64,000 nucleotides of DNA. Origin: an uncultured Phycisphaerales bacterium (GTDB lineage Bacteria > Planctomycetota > Phycisphaerae > Sedimentisphaerales > Anaerobacaceae). Under the pieces are notes generated by a model that did not search any database, was not told the origin of the DNA, and was given only the letters and a program-made list of their open reading frames with translations. Below, in pieces: positions 20,977-31,767 of the stretch. The position numbers and the translations under genes are program-made. Location of the stretch: contig CAVYYI010000003.1 in the NCBI GenBank assembly GCA_963772725.1, positions 768,001 through 832,000 on the forward strand, written 5' to 3'. How positions within the stretch are numbered: the first letter of the stretch is position 1; each line of letters opens with the position of its first letter.

Positions 20977-21986
20977 ACCTGAACTTTGTTTAAGCTGTGA
21001 TGCAAAGAAATTCTCTAGGCTGGTAGCTGACGTTTTCGATTTTGAGCGAAGGCTTTTTCGGCAGTCTCGTATAGGCTATAAGGCCGGCTATCAAATGTGC
21101 CAGAAAGTTGATCGGGCTGCGGTGACGTGAATGTTCGATCTGACAGACATTTTTGAGTGTGTCATTGACCGTTTCAATCAATGAACGCTTTCGCAGCAGG
21201 ATTTTATCCTCCAACTCCATCAAACGGCATTTCATATTTGCATGCATATTGGTTACCAGCTTAATTCCCTTGGCCAACAGTTTTTCAAACAGGCTCTGGC
21301 TGATGTAACCCTTGTCGCCAAATAGCTTTCCGAACAGGCCGTCGGCCATTGTCTCCACCGTGCTGCGATCATCGACATTACCTGCTGTCAGGCGGCAGCC
21401 CAATAAACCGCCGCGGTCATTAATGATCAGATGCAATTTAAAGCCAAAAAACCAGCCCATCGTTGTTTTACCTATTTGAGCAAGCCCGTCGAAAACACGG
21501 TTGCGGCTGATGCGTTTATTATGACAGACTTTAAGTGCGGTGCTGTCAATAAAAGAAATACCCGTGGGCTCATCCATGCCATCGGTTTGCAAATATACAA
21601 GCAGCGGGATTATTGCCCTTGGTATCAGATAAACAAAGCGGTCGTAGCTGACCATATCGGGAAAATCATGGCGGTGATGGGCAAGAAGGTAGTGATAGAA
21701 ATCCTTGAAAGTGCGATAGCCGCTGGTTTGGAAGGCAATAAGAATAGTCATGATCTCGCTGGTACTTAAGTTGCCTTGCCTGTTGCGTTTACGTGTTCCA
21801 TCTTCTATGAGGTGCTTTACATACATTTTTTCAAAAGCTTTCCAACAATCATCGACATTCACAAATAATGTGGTAAAATCCGCTGTCATACGGCCTCCTT
21901 GCCTGCTTGGTTAATAATATTTACAAAACTATTATTTCCATCGGCAGGTTGGCCGTTTTTCTTGTATCCTTATCCAAAGTTCAGGT
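20977..21986 (-). mobile_element. IS982-family element, complete
   Basis: TIR ACCTGAACTTTGnnTAAG at both ends; flanking direct repeat TTAAA. Confidence 0.85.
20990..21889 (-). CDS. IS982 transposase
   Basis: FIDST, GWFFGFKLH, GDKGYIS and RSLIETVN. Confidence 0.93.
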   Translation of the reverse strand: MTADFTTLFVNVDDCWKAFEKMYVKHLIEDGTRKRNRQGNLSTSEIMTILIAFQTSGYRTFKDFYHYLLAHHRHDFPDMVSYDRFVYLIPRAIIPLLVYLQTDGMDEPTGISFIDSTALKVCHNKRISRNRVFDGLAQIGKTTMGWFFGFKLHLIINDRGGLLGCRLTAGNVDDRSTVETMADGLFGKLFGDKGYISQSLFEKLLAKGIKLVTNMHANMKCRLMELEDKILLRKRSLIETVNDTLKNVCQIEHSRHRSPINFLAHLIAGLIAYTRLPKKPSLKIENVSYQPREFLCITA

Positions 21987-22099
21987 TTAAAGGATTCTGT
22001 TTTTCGATAAGAAACGGGATTGTTCCGGAGGAGGACAATCCCGCTTTCTTTTTTACACCTCACTGTTTCGCCTAAATTTCACTATTCGCTGCCGCTTCA

Positions 22100-23185
22100 G
22101 TGAGTTATAATCGTATTCAAATGGAAAAAGCCCTTTACAGAATTATCGACGCCAATTTCAATCGCGCCCGCGAGGCCTGCCGGGTGATGGAGGAATTCTG
22201 TCGATTCGTTCTGAATTCCGCATCGTTAACCGAACGAGCCAAGCAGCTAAGGCACCGGCTCTCCGCCGCCATCGCCCGCCTCGATAACAGGAGGCTGATA
22301 GCGAGCAGAGATACCACCGGCGATGTCGGTGTGGGCCAGAAAGTCGATAACCAGCTTCACAGAACCGACCTGAAAGATTGCCTCATTGCCGCCTGCAAAC
22401 GTCTTACCGAGGCACTACGCACTCTCGCCGAACTTGTGCAGAGTCTGAACCCGCCGGTGGCCGAAGAAATTGAAAAACTGCGATACTGCGCCTATACCCT
22501 CGAAAAAGACATTATTATTTTCAGCGATACCACCGAAAAATTCAAGGCGGTGGAGCTTTATATTGTTATAACAAGTTCTTTGCCCGCGGAGGTACTTTCT
22601 TTAACAAACTACTGCATCGGCGGCGGTGCGGATTGTATTCAGTTGCGGGCAAAAAATATTGCTGATGACGGCCTTTTTGCCCTGGCAGGAGAATTTGTGA
22701 AAAGCTGCAAAGAAGGCAATGTGATAAGCATAATAAATGACCGTGTTGATATTGCTGTGGCGGCTGATGCTGATGGTGTGCATCTGGGGCAAAATGATTT
22801 GCCTGTCGAGCAGGCGAGGAGGCTTGAGGGGAGGCCGTTGATTATAGGCAAAAGTACACATTCTCCAGAGCAGTTACGCTTAGCGTGTCTTGAAAATCCG
22901 ACTTACGTTGCCTTAGGTCCTGTTTTTACCACAGATACTAAACCCACAGCCCCCTCTGTCGGCCTCGAATATGTTACCCAAGCCTCAAAAATAATATCGC
23001 AAACAGGCATCGCCGGCGTCGCCATAGGCGGGATTAACCTTAACAATATCGAAACCGTGCTTCAGGCCGGCGCACAAAAAATTGCTGTCTGTTCCGCGGT
23101 TACCATGTCTCCCAATCCGATGGAAATGTGCCGAAAACTTAAGAAAAAAATTGTGGATTTCAGGTCATCTCAAAGGTCGTTATAA
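22100..23185 (+). CDS. thiE: Thiamine-phosphate synthase with N-terminal helical extension
   Basis: RIIDANFNRARE N-domain; QLRAK, INDRVD, GVHLGQ and AIGGI. Start is likely ATG 22121. Confidence 0.9.
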   Translation: MSYNRIQMEKALYRIIDANFNRAREACRVMEEFCRFVLNSASLTERAKQLRHRLSAAIARLDNRRLIASRDTTGDVGVGQKVDNQLHRTDLKDCLIAACKRLTEALRTLAELVQSLNPPVAEEIEKLRYCAYTLEKDIIIFSDTTEKFKAVELYIVITSSLPAEVLSLTNYCIGGGADCIQLRAKNIADDGLFALAGEFVKSCKEGNVISIINDRVDIAVAADADGVHLGQNDLPVEQARRLEGRPLIIGKSTHSPEQLRLACLENPTYVALGPVFTTDTKPTAPSVGLEYVTQASKIISQTGIAGVAIGGINLNNIETVLQAGAQKIAVCSAVTMSPNPMEMCRKLKKKIVDFRSSQRSL

Positions 23186-23220
23186 TCGCTGCAATCCCAA
23201 AATAGTGAAAAGAAATAAAA

Positions 23221-24357
23221 ATGCGAAGTATTGCGAAATTGATGTTGATCATTACATTCTTGTTTTTGCAAAGCAGTTACGCTGTAGAAAAAGAGGTCAT
23301 AGCGTATATAGGCTGCCGACCTATTACAAATATTGAGGTTTTTAAGAGTCTTGCTATTACTTTTAGTCCTAACTATGAATGTAAGCCATCCCATATAAAA
23401 TTTGAAATCGAAGATATGGTGCCAATTATTCTATTTAAGCAGTATGCAGCTAAAAACGGCATTAAAATTACAAGACAGGAGGTAGAGGATGCGATTGCAA
23501 AAGAGGCAAATTCACGAGGTATAATCTTCGATCAGTCAATTCAACAAAAAGGAGTCTGGAAAGCACATGAAGATTTAGCGAATGCAAAAAAGGAATATCA
23601 AAATATCTTAAATAATAAAGTTGTCGAACATTTCAATCCTGATGTGCGAGATGTGAATGAAGGTGATATTCAGAAATATGTAGAAAATTATAAAAGACAG
23701 TATTCTTATTCTGGCTGGAGGGGAAGTTCTGAAGCGATCCGTTATAAATATATTGGCGTACGTGCGGAGACCCTTGCAAAAAATAATTCTTTGCGGAAAG
23801 AACTCGACAAGATCAAAAAAAGAATCAACGATGGCGAAAGTTTTGCAACTGTGACCAAAGATTATTCTGATAAGCAAGACTACGTCATTGGGACTGAATT
23901 AAGCGGGTGGATGGGTGTCGGCAAACATAAAAGAGGAGATTGGGGTGACTGCTTAACTCCAAAGTACTGGATAAGTGTCAGCGATTACAAAAAAGAAGGT
24001 TGGGATGCTTTAACTCCATGGAGTGCGCTTAAAGGCAAAGCCGTTTTGGCTAATGTTAGAGAATCTGGCGAAGCAGTATTGCTGATTGAAGATTATCAGC
24101 CGGATAGGCACAATACGCACATGAAAATTGAAGATGCATTGAACGATAAGGATTTTCGTAATGTTATTATAGAGGAAGCACGAAAATATAAGTTTAACAA
24201 TGAGTGCAGCTATCTTACCGAAAAACTTAAGATGAATGCTGGGGGCATCAGGTATAGAGGCGACAAAAAAGAGATATTCCAGAGGATGGCAAATCAATAC
24301 AAGCAGTACAGGCTTGAAATCCACAAGAATGATTCGAATTCTAATGACCAACATTAA
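23221..24357 (+). CDS. Secreted hypothetical protein with weak SurA/parvulin-like features
   Basis: Signal peptide; GIKITRQEVEDAI and DGESFATVTKDYSD. Confidence 0.5.
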   Translation: MRSIAKLMLIITFLFLQSSYAVEKEVIAYIGCRPITNIEVFKSLAITFSPNYECKPSHIKFEIEDMVPIILFKQYAAKNGIKITRQEVEDAIAKEANSRGIIFDQSIQQKGVWKAHEDLANAKKEYQNILNNKVVEHFNPDVRDVNEGDIQKYVENYKRQYSYSGWRGSSEAIRYKYIGVRAETLAKNNSLRKELDKIKKRINDGESFATVTKDYSDKQDYVIGTELSGWMGVGKHKRGDWGDCLTPKYWISVSDYKKEGWDALTPWSALKGKAVLANVRESGEAVLLIEDYQPDRHNTHMKIEDALNDKDFRNVIIEEARKYKFNNECSYLTEKLKMNAGGIRYRGDKKEIFQRMANQYKQYRLEIHKNDSNSNDQH

Positions 24358-24447
24358 GAGCAACGGTAAAGAATAATCAGATTTGAGTTTTGAGTTCGCA
24401 GCGGCGAATTTGCGATTTTGAGTTATGGAAAGAGTGGTAAAGTTTAA

Positions 24448-25449
24448 ATGAAAAAAGAAAATGAACAGTCAAGTATAGTTCTTTATACTACTGATGACGG
24501 GCAGGCGAAGCTGCAGGTCAGAGTGGAAAATGAGACGGTTTGGCTGACACAGGAGCAGATGGCGGAGTTATTTGATAAAGGCCGAACCACGATTACTGAA
24601 CATATTCAAAATGCCTTTAAGGAAGGCGAACTGGATGAAAATTCAGTATGTCGGGAATTCCGACGAACTGGTTCTGACGGGAAAGATTACAGCGTAAAGC
24701 ATTATAATCTTGATGTTATTATATCGGTGGGGTATCGGGTTAATTCATTGCGGGGAACGCAGTTTCGGATATGGGCGACGCAGCGTCTGAGGGAATATAT
24801 TATCAAGGGGTTTACGCTTGATGATGAGCGGTTGAAGCAGCAGGGTGGGAGGAGTCGGTATTTTGAAGAACTGCTTGAACGGATTCGGGATATACGGAGC
24901 AGCGAGCGGAATTTTTATCAGAAGGTAACGGATATTTATTCTACGGCGATTGATTATCGCAAGGATGATGAGGTGACGCAGGAATTTTTCGCCACGGTGC
25001 AGAACAAGATACATTATGCTGTTCACGGCCATACGGCAGCGGAGGTAATTGCTAAAAGAGCTGACAGTAAGAAACCTTTGATGGGGCTTACCAGTTTTAA
25101 GGGTAATTATGTTACGGCCAATGATATTACGGTTGCTAAAAACTATCTGACGGAGGATGAGCTTAAGCAGTTAAATCTGATTGTTTCGATGTATCTGGAT
25201 TTTGCCGAGCTTCAGGCGGGCAGAGGCAGGTTGATGAAAATGAAGGACTAGATTGGCAAGCTCGATGAATTTTTAAAAATCAGCGAACGGGGGCTTCTTA
25301 AAGATGCCGGTAAGGTAAGCGCGGAACAGGCGGCCTCAAAAGCGCAGAAGGAATTTGAGAAGTATAAGAAGGAAAGGGATAAAAATTATATCTCTGATTT
25401 TGATATGGCTGTGAAAAAGTATCTGCGAAAAGGCAAAGAAAAAAATTGA
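24448..25449 (+). pseudogene. RhuM-family protein with an in-frame TAG at 25249-25251
   Basis: VWLTQEQMAELF, YNLDVIISVGYRV and IRDIRSSE; the frame continues past the stop (MKD*IGKLDEFLK...) to TGA at 25449. Confidence 0.8.
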
Positions 25450-25459
25450 GTTGTAAATA

Positions 25460-26946
25460 GTCGTCCCTGAAAAAGTAGATTTCAGTTTCAGGCGGCATAT
25501 GTAAGCTGGGCAAATTCTGCCGACAGCCCCAAATTTTGAATAAACCGGCAAAGCCAAAAAATAATTTTCCGCAGCAACTTGCGGATATTAAACCCGCAAG
25601 CGCTCAATATCGCATTAACCTTATCGCCTTCGACGCCCTTGAGGTAGTTTCTGTCCAGACCGTTATCAGATTTACAATGTCCTATCACAGGCTCAATCAT
25701 ACTTCGCCTGCTGTACCACTTTCGAATACTTCTCGGCAGCTTTCGCCAGCCCCTTTTGACGATATGAACCTCCGCAATATCTCCACAGCCATGACCTTTG
25801 TACCCATCATCAACATAAACATCTTCAAAACCTTTTTTATCCAGCAGTTTCATCGTCTGGGAGAGTGTATCTTTTAACGTATGTCCATCATATGGATTCC
25901 CTTCAAAAGCAACCGCTGCGACTACAAAGGCGTTTTGAGCGGGAGACGCCAGTGCCACCTTACAGCCAAACTCATACTTCTTGTGTGCCTTGCCCTTGCT
26001 TATGCAGTTAACCTCCGGCGCGTGAATACTGTATAGCTTGTTACTGCTGTCCCGTTTCTGGGATAATAACCTCCTGGACATATCGAGCAATTCTGAAAAC
26101 TCCTGCTGCAATTGAGGCTTCTGCAATATCTTACGCTCTATATCCCTTGTAACTCTTCCCAGACAGGTCTTTAGTTTCCTTAATTGCTTATCCGCTTTTT
26201 TGAACTGCCTGGCGTGTGAAAATCTGTGCTGCATAACAAAAGCCCTTTTGGCTACCCTCTGATAACTCTGCCGAAGTTCTATGTCATTATCCTGTGCCTT
26301 TTTGACAAGCTTTACTCTCATCTTATGATAAAGACGTGCATCGGTCGGAAAGGCTGTCGCCTTTTCCTGCACCGTTGTATCGACTACTATCTTTTTTAAC
26401 TGATGCGGTTTAACTGTGCCGGTTTTAAGGCCTGCGCTTATGGTCTGCTCAAGCAGCTTTTCCATACCAGCGTCCTTAATCCGGTTACGCCATTTGGTCA
26501 TACTGGTTGGGTCAATCGGAAATTCATGCTGAAAATATTGCTCTCCGCAAAAATACTGCCAGTAAGGATTCTCTATCCATCTCTCAACTACAGACTCATC
26601 GCTGAGATTATATGCGCTTTTGAGATAATGAAGTCCTGCCATAAGGCGGGTGGGTTTGGCTGGTCTGCCGAAGCCCGGATCATAGAGTTTACCGAAGGCG
26701 GCATCAAACTCTGACCAGATGATGATATTTGCCAGTTTATATAAAGGATGCTGCTCGTTTAGTATCTGCTCCAGCTTCGAGGTGAATAACATTGACTGGG
26801 AATTGCTTTGTTGTTTAGGCTGCATAAAAACCTCCATGTTTTGCAAGGAAATTAATAATAAATATCATTTCCTTGCAATTTAGCGCCAGATTTTTAAATT
26901 GCAAGCCTTTATATACAAAAAAGTTAAATTATTTTTCAGGGACGAC
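25460..26946 (-). mobile_element. IS5-family element, complete
   Basis: TIR GTCGTCCCTGAAAAA at both ends; flanking direct repeat TAAATA. Confidence 0.85.
25488..26846 (-). CDS. IS5-family transposase
   Basis: ENPYWQYFCG, VDTTVQEK, KYEFGCK, DDGYKG and IEPVIGHCK. Confidence 0.92.
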   Translation of the reverse strand: MQNMEVFMQPKQQSNSQSMLFTSKLEQILNEQHPLYKLANIIIWSEFDAAFGKLYDPGFGRPAKPTRLMAGLHYLKSAYNLSDESVVERWIENPYWQYFCGEQYFQHEFPIDPTSMTKWRNRIKDAGMEKLLEQTISAGLKTGTVKPHQLKKIVVDTTVQEKATAFPTDARLYHKMRVKLVKKAQDNDIELRQSYQRVAKRAFVMQHRFSHARQFKKADKQLRKLKTCLGRVTRDIERKILQKPQLQQEFSELLDMSRRLLSQKRDSSNKLYSIHAPEVNCISKGKAHKKYEFGCKVALASPAQNAFVVAAVAFEGNPYDGHTLKDTLSQTMKLLDKKGFEDVYVDDGYKGHGCGDIAEVHIVKRGWRKLPRSIRKWYSRRSMIEPVIGHCKSDNGLDRNYLKGVEGDKVNAILSACGFNIRKLLRKIIFWLCRFIQNLGLSAEFAQLTYAA

Positions 26947-27047
26947 TAAATAAATAGTTGTGCGTATTGCGTATATGGATTTTATCCCTTAGTAATCCGC
27001 CTGCGGCGGATGGGTTGGTAATGAAAAACGTGAGATTAAAAAGAGTT

Positions 27048-28870
27048 TTACGGGCTTTTTTTGTTTTTTTCTATCTCGGCAAGTATCAATTCGAGATTTT
27101 CTTTGGCGTGAGGAAAATTCGGGTCTAATTTAAGCACCTGCTGAAAGTTTGCGGCTGCCTGCTCAAGCTCGCCCTTTCGGGTCAAAACAAAAGCGATATT
27201 ATTATACGCTTCCGCCAGGCGCGGGGCGATTTTAATCGCCGCTTTGAACTGCGCTACCGCCTCGTCATATCTGCCCAGATTATTCAGCACGACACCAATA
27301 TTATTATATGCTTGCGGATAATCAGGTCTGATACGTAAGGCCTCTTTATACTCCTTGACGGCCTGCTCATATTTTCCCTGAGCTGATAAACCCTCGGCGA
27401 GATTGAAATGAGCCATCTCCGAATTGTTATCGAGTTTGACCGCCGCAGAAAGATTCTCAACCGCTTCATTAAATTTTTTCTGCCCTGCCAGAGTTATGCC
27501 TAAACCGATATAACCCGACACAAATTTATGATTTGCCTCTATCGCCTTTGCGAAATGTCGGGCGGCAAGATTATAATCGTGCTTCACATACGCCGCATCA
27601 CCAAGACAGGCGTGCGCCATAAAGTTTTCATCGCCGGTAACGGCCAATGAATGTGTGAAAAGTTTTACCGCATCTTTCCAGCAGCTCGTCTGTATATAAG
27701 CGCAAAAACCCAGTACCAAAACAGCCGCCGCTCCCGAGACTGTCAATACATACTTTCCGTATAGCCATTTCCTGAACAACTCCGGCAAACCCCACGCGAT
27801 AACAATAAACAATCCCGTCAGGGTGACATAAGTGTACCTGTCGGCAATCGCCTGTTCGCCCACCTGAACAAGTCCTATCACAGGCAGCAGCGTAACAAGA
27901 TACCAGAACCAGCCCGTCAGCAGATATTTATGCCTTTGCGCAAGATAAATAATACCCGCCGATACAACCACAATAAGTGCCGCCGAAAATACGATATTCC
28001 ATATCGGAATATTATACCCCGGATGAGGATAGAAAATCGATAGCCGCACAGGCCAAATCATTTTATAAATATACGCCGTATATGAAGTCACGCAGTTCGC
28101 CAGGCGCACCCACAGAGGAAGTCCGCTGATTTCCGATACCGAGCCTCCTCGCTGCTGCACTATAAATGTAATCACGCTCGAAACCGCCGATAAAGCGAAA
28201 AAAGAAATCTTTTCAACGATAAGCTTAGGCAGCATTTTCTTCTGGCGCCCAAAATCGAATCGCTCCAGCGGCCAATAGTCCAGCAGCAGCAATATAACAG
28301 GCAGCGTAACAAGCATGGGTTTTGCCATCAACCCAAGCGCAAAAGCATAATCGTTACGATATACAGTGAGGCCTTTGGTTTCCTCGCGTAGCCGACATAC
28401 GCAAGCATCGTAAGCATCCAGAACAATGTGCTAAGAACGTCTTTTCGCTCAGTTATCCAGGCGACAGATTCGATATGCAGCGGATGAATCGCGAATAACG
28501 CCGCGACAAACGCGCATCGCCATATCACCCCGGTCATCTTGTAAAGAACCGTAAAAAGCAGCAGCGTATTTGCGACGTGGAGCAGCAGGTTGATAAGGTG
28601 ACTGGCCCCCGGGTTTAGCCCGAAAAGCTGACAATCCAGCATAAGCGATAGCCACGTCAGCGGATGCCAGTTCGCCGAAAAGCCCGTTGTAAACGCCCAC
28701 CCTATGCTCTTTGCTGTCAGCCCAGCCTGCACATTATGGTTTTTCGAGATGTAATCCGGGTCATCGTAATTGATAAAGCCGGAATTACGTACTTGCCCGA
28801 ACACTGCCAGCATAGCTAATGTTAAAACAAGATAAACCGCGGGAACCGAATATTTTTCAAATTTAATCAT
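27048..28870 (-). CDS. TMTC-like GT-C membrane glycosyltransferase with C-terminal TPRs (frameshift near 28340)
   Basis: YDDPDY, NWHPLTWLS, HPLHIESVAWITERKD and ADRYTY, then TPR repeats. Confidence 0.8.
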
Positions 28871-29030
28871 CTACTGATAAATCTAATTCATTTTGTCCCG
28901 CCCTGTCAAGGCTGTAACTGCCGCAGGCGGATTTTTGCGGAATGCTGCGAAATTTATACCTTGCATAAAAAAACAGAATGGCTAAAATATTTTATGTCTG
29001 TGTAATTAAATAAAAAATGGAGGTACGCAA

Positions 29031-29285
29031 ATGCAGGAAGAAATGATTGGAAAAGTATCAGATTTTTTTGCCAGACCCGTGGTGGCCGCCATTGAGCTTA
29101 CCGCCCCTCTGAAAATCGGCGATAAAATTCACATTAAGGGCGCCCATACCGACATCGAGGTAGTTGTCGGTTCGATGCAGATTAACAATGCCAATGTTGA
29201 CCAGGCTAATCCCGGCGACCCTGTCGGCATCAAAATCACTGACCGCGCAAGAAAAGGCGATTTTGTTTATAAAGTTATCGGCTAA
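29031..29285 (+). CDS. Small stand-alone translation-factor domain-II-like beta-barrel protein
   Basis: LKIGDKIHIKG and SMQI...ANPGDPVGIK; strong GGAGG SD. Confidence 0.7.
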   Translation: MQEEMIGKVSDFFARPVVAAIELTAPLKIGDKIHIKGAHTDIEVVVGSMQINNANVDQANPGDPVGIKITDRARKGDFVYKVIG

Positions 29286-29535
29286 CTTCCCGCGCAGCCG
29301 GCATTCGCAAGACAAATTCAGCCCGCCGGTCGTAAACCTGTATCACGGCTATAGTACCGTACTAATCGTTCCGCAGCGAGGTATGGTTTTCACAGTTCTT
29401 CTGCACTTATTCATCTTGTTTTGTATTTTCTTTTATTATAATCTGTTTCGTTTGTTACGTCATAGCCTTGGCTAAGACGGATCGTGCTTTGGAATTAGTA
29501 CTTTACTTATCCCGGTTTAACATATCTATCTTTAA

Positions 29536-29751
29536 TTATCCTTTTTGACTTTTTTCGAGCTGCTGCTTTAATTGCTGGATTTCATCAGCCAGTTTGCCCA
29601 CTTCTAATCGCAGCTTTCGTCTCTCTCTGTCAGTCTGTATAAGAAATCTGATAAAGAGATAAATCAAATATATTGGAATTCCCCAACAAATCAAAAGCAT
29701 TAAAACCGGGAGCAATGCAATGCCCCATAAAGCTAAAACATTTGTTATCAT
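29536..29751 (-). CDS. Small single-pass membrane/coiled-coil protein
   Basis: Hydrophobic N-terminus, coiled C-terminus, ATGA overlap with the upstream HTH gene. Confidence 0.6.
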   Translation of the reverse strand: MITNVLALWGIALLPVLMLLICWGIPIYLIYLFIRFLIQTDRERRKLRLEVGKLADEIQQLKQQLEKSQKG

Positions 29752-29951
29752 TTTTCGTTCCTTTCCTTTATTTCTTTAGGGTTGACTTTTTTCGATTCCA
29801 GCCAGGCGTCAACATCCGCCCTGTCAAAGCTGATATTTTTATGGCTTAGTTTTATATAAGGCGGACAATCGCCGCTTGCGATGTATTTGTAAATCGTTCG
29901 CTTTGATACTCCCAGGTAAACCGCAAAATCTTCTATCGACATTAACTGCAT
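29748..29951 (-). CDS. AlpA/excisionase-like HTH DNA-binding protein
   Basis: LMSIEDFAVYLGVSKRTIYKY...FDRADVDAWL. Confidence 0.8.
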   Translation of the reverse strand: MQLMSIEDFAVYLGVSKRTIYKYIASGDCPPYIKLSHKNISFDRADVDAWLESKKVNPKEIKERNEK

Positions 29952-30385
29952 AAGTATGTATCCTCATCAATATTCAGCAATATGACACAATATACATCAT
30001 AATGCAAGATAAATCAGGAAATTTTTAAAAATATTTTTTCATTAAGCGTTAAAAGATAGCTGTCAATGTAGAAATTTTGCGTTCAGGCAAGTTTTCTGTC
30101 TATATAAATATATATTATTATTTACAGATTTATGAATAAGCTCTTTTTGCATTATTATACCTTCACTCACTGCTGCCCTTCTACATAATTACTGTAATCC
30201 TCCTGTCAAAACAATCGACATCCGCTATATAAAATTGAACTTTGCAGGCTAACAGCTTTTACAAACAAATAGAACAGAATTCCTTTAAATCCTTAGAATT
30301 TACACTTTTTACTTTTTACCTTTACATTTACTGACCATCGGTCACTTTGAGAATCCCCCCCTCAGCCAATTTAATTCCATCATTT

Positions 30386-30401
30386 TGTTCCACGTGAAAC
30401 A
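30386..30401. promoter_or_regulatory. parS site 1
   Basis: TGTTCCACGTGAAACA, canonical parS consensus. Confidence 0.9.
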
Positions 30402-30651
30402 TCTCAAATTGTATTCCCCGCAAAGGCGCCAAGACGCTAAGAAATTTTAATCACTACTTATGCAGATTGAATAATAATCTTGCCTTTTGGTGCCTTGCGA
30501 TAAACTTTTAAAAATCTGCGATTATCTGTATATAAAAAAAATCAGTGTAATCAGCGAAATCAGTGTTTAATCTACTTTGATTCCTTCGCAGGCCCGGAAC
30601 TTCTCCTCAACGCTTCACGAGATACAAGATATGCTTCACGCCTTTTAAAAA

Positions 30652-30667
30652 TGTTCCACGTGAAACA
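30652..30667. promoter_or_regulatory. parS site 2
   Basis: Identical TGTTCCACGTGAAACA upstream of parB. Confidence 0.9.
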
Positions 30668-30780
30668 TTTTTTTAAAAAAACTCTTTTTTTTACTTGTAA
30701 TCATAGAGTTTTTATGTAAATATTCCGACATAAGATTTAGATATCAATCTTTAATCAAAAAACATTATGGATAATGGATA

Positions 30781-31767
30781 TTGTTAAGTGAAGGAGCGCT
30801 TTATATGTTGGACAACAAAATAGATAACAAGAAGGAAAAACCACGGCATCTCGGCAGGGGGCTGCAATCACTTTTAGGTCCTATAAACCTTGAAATATCT
30901 GAAGAAACTCCGGTGGTACCATCGCCATCTTTGGCCCCTAACTTCCCGCCAGATAAAGAGTTACGCGAATCAATGAGGGAAATCAGCGTTGACGCTATCT
31001 TGCCAAACCCATATCAACCTCGAACGGTTTGGAACGAGCAGGAACTTGCCGAACTGGCTGAATCCATCAAATGCAACGGCATAATTCAGCCGGTAATCGT
31101 CCGCCCCGCCGGTGCCAAGTTTGAGCTTATTGCCGGCGAGCGAAGATTTCGGGCTGCTAAAATCGCGGGCCTGAAAACCATACCGGCAGTTCTCCGGCAG
31201 GCTACAAATGAGCAGCTCCTCGAACTGGCGTTAGTTGAGAACATTCACCGCACAAATCTCAATCCCATCGAAAGGGCAAAGGCCTATCAGAATTATCTCA
31301 ATACATTCTCATTGAGCCAGGTTGAAGCCGCACAGCGACTCGGAGAGGACCGGTCTGTTGTATCTAACTACTTGCGACTACTGGACTTACCGGAAGAAAT
31401 CAGGCAGATGCTGATTGAAAATCAACTTTCAATGGGGCACGCCCGCGCGATTCTTTCACTGCCAAGCGATGAACTTCGACGCAAATTAGCAAATCGCGCA
31501 ATGGCAGGGCGGCTAAGTGTCCGTGAAGTCGAAAGACTCGTCCGCAGATACCTGTCGGCGAACACACAGGGCAAAACAACGGTCCGCACCAAACCCGCAC
31601 ATATTATCGACCTCGAAAACCGGCTGACAAGCCAGTTAGGCACTAAAGTTACTATTGACGCACGAAGAAACGGACAGCGAGGCAAAATTGTTATTGAATT
31701 TTATTCTCTCGATGAGTTCGACCGGATAACCGAACGAATAGGCCTGGCCTCTACGGAAGAGGTATAA
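30781..31767 (+). CDS. parB: Chromosome partition protein ParB/Spo0J
   Basis: LGRGL, PNPYQPR, AGERRFRA, ENIHR and HTH RSVVSNYLRLL. Confidence 0.95.
   Translation: MLSEGALYMLDNKIDNKKEKPRHLGRGLQSLLGPINLEISEETPVVPSPSLAPNFPPDKELRESMREISVDAILPNPYQPRTVWNEQELAELAESIKCNGIIQPVIVRPAGAKFELIAGERRFRAAKIAGLKTIPAVLRQATNEQLLELALVENIHRTNLNPIERAKAYQNYLNTFSLSQVEAAQRLGEDRSVVSNYLRLLDLPEEIRQMLIENQLSMGHARAILSLPSDELRRKLANRAMAGRLSVREVERLVRRYLSANTQGKTTVRTKPAHIIDLENRLTSQLGTKVTIDARRNGQRGKIVIEFYSLDEFDRITERIGLASTEEV

Larger units (their letters stand above)
20875..22054 (+). ncRNA. Candidate GGA-rich sRNA (about 165 nt) interrupted by IS982
   Basis: Removing the IS joins hairpins carrying GGAGGAGGA (20930-20938 and 22027-22035) and ends in a stem plus T-tract. 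Confidence 0.45.

Noticed and set aside
22000..22120. TPP riboswitch upstream of thiE (and SAM riboswitch upstream of mtnA)
   Set aside because: Core consensus elements were not found.
25249..25251. In-frame TAG in the RhuM gene as possible pyrrolysine or other readthrough
   Set aside because: The position fits a Trp in the family (MKDW), so a TGG>TAG substitution or base-call error is simpler; there are no pyl genes in the window.
29536..29951. AlpA-like gene as a prophage marker
   Set aside because: No integrase, att site or phage genes nearby.
29952..30780. oriC call
   Set aside because: AT-rich and contains parS, but I saw no cluster of TTATCCACA-type boxes and dnaA is absent.
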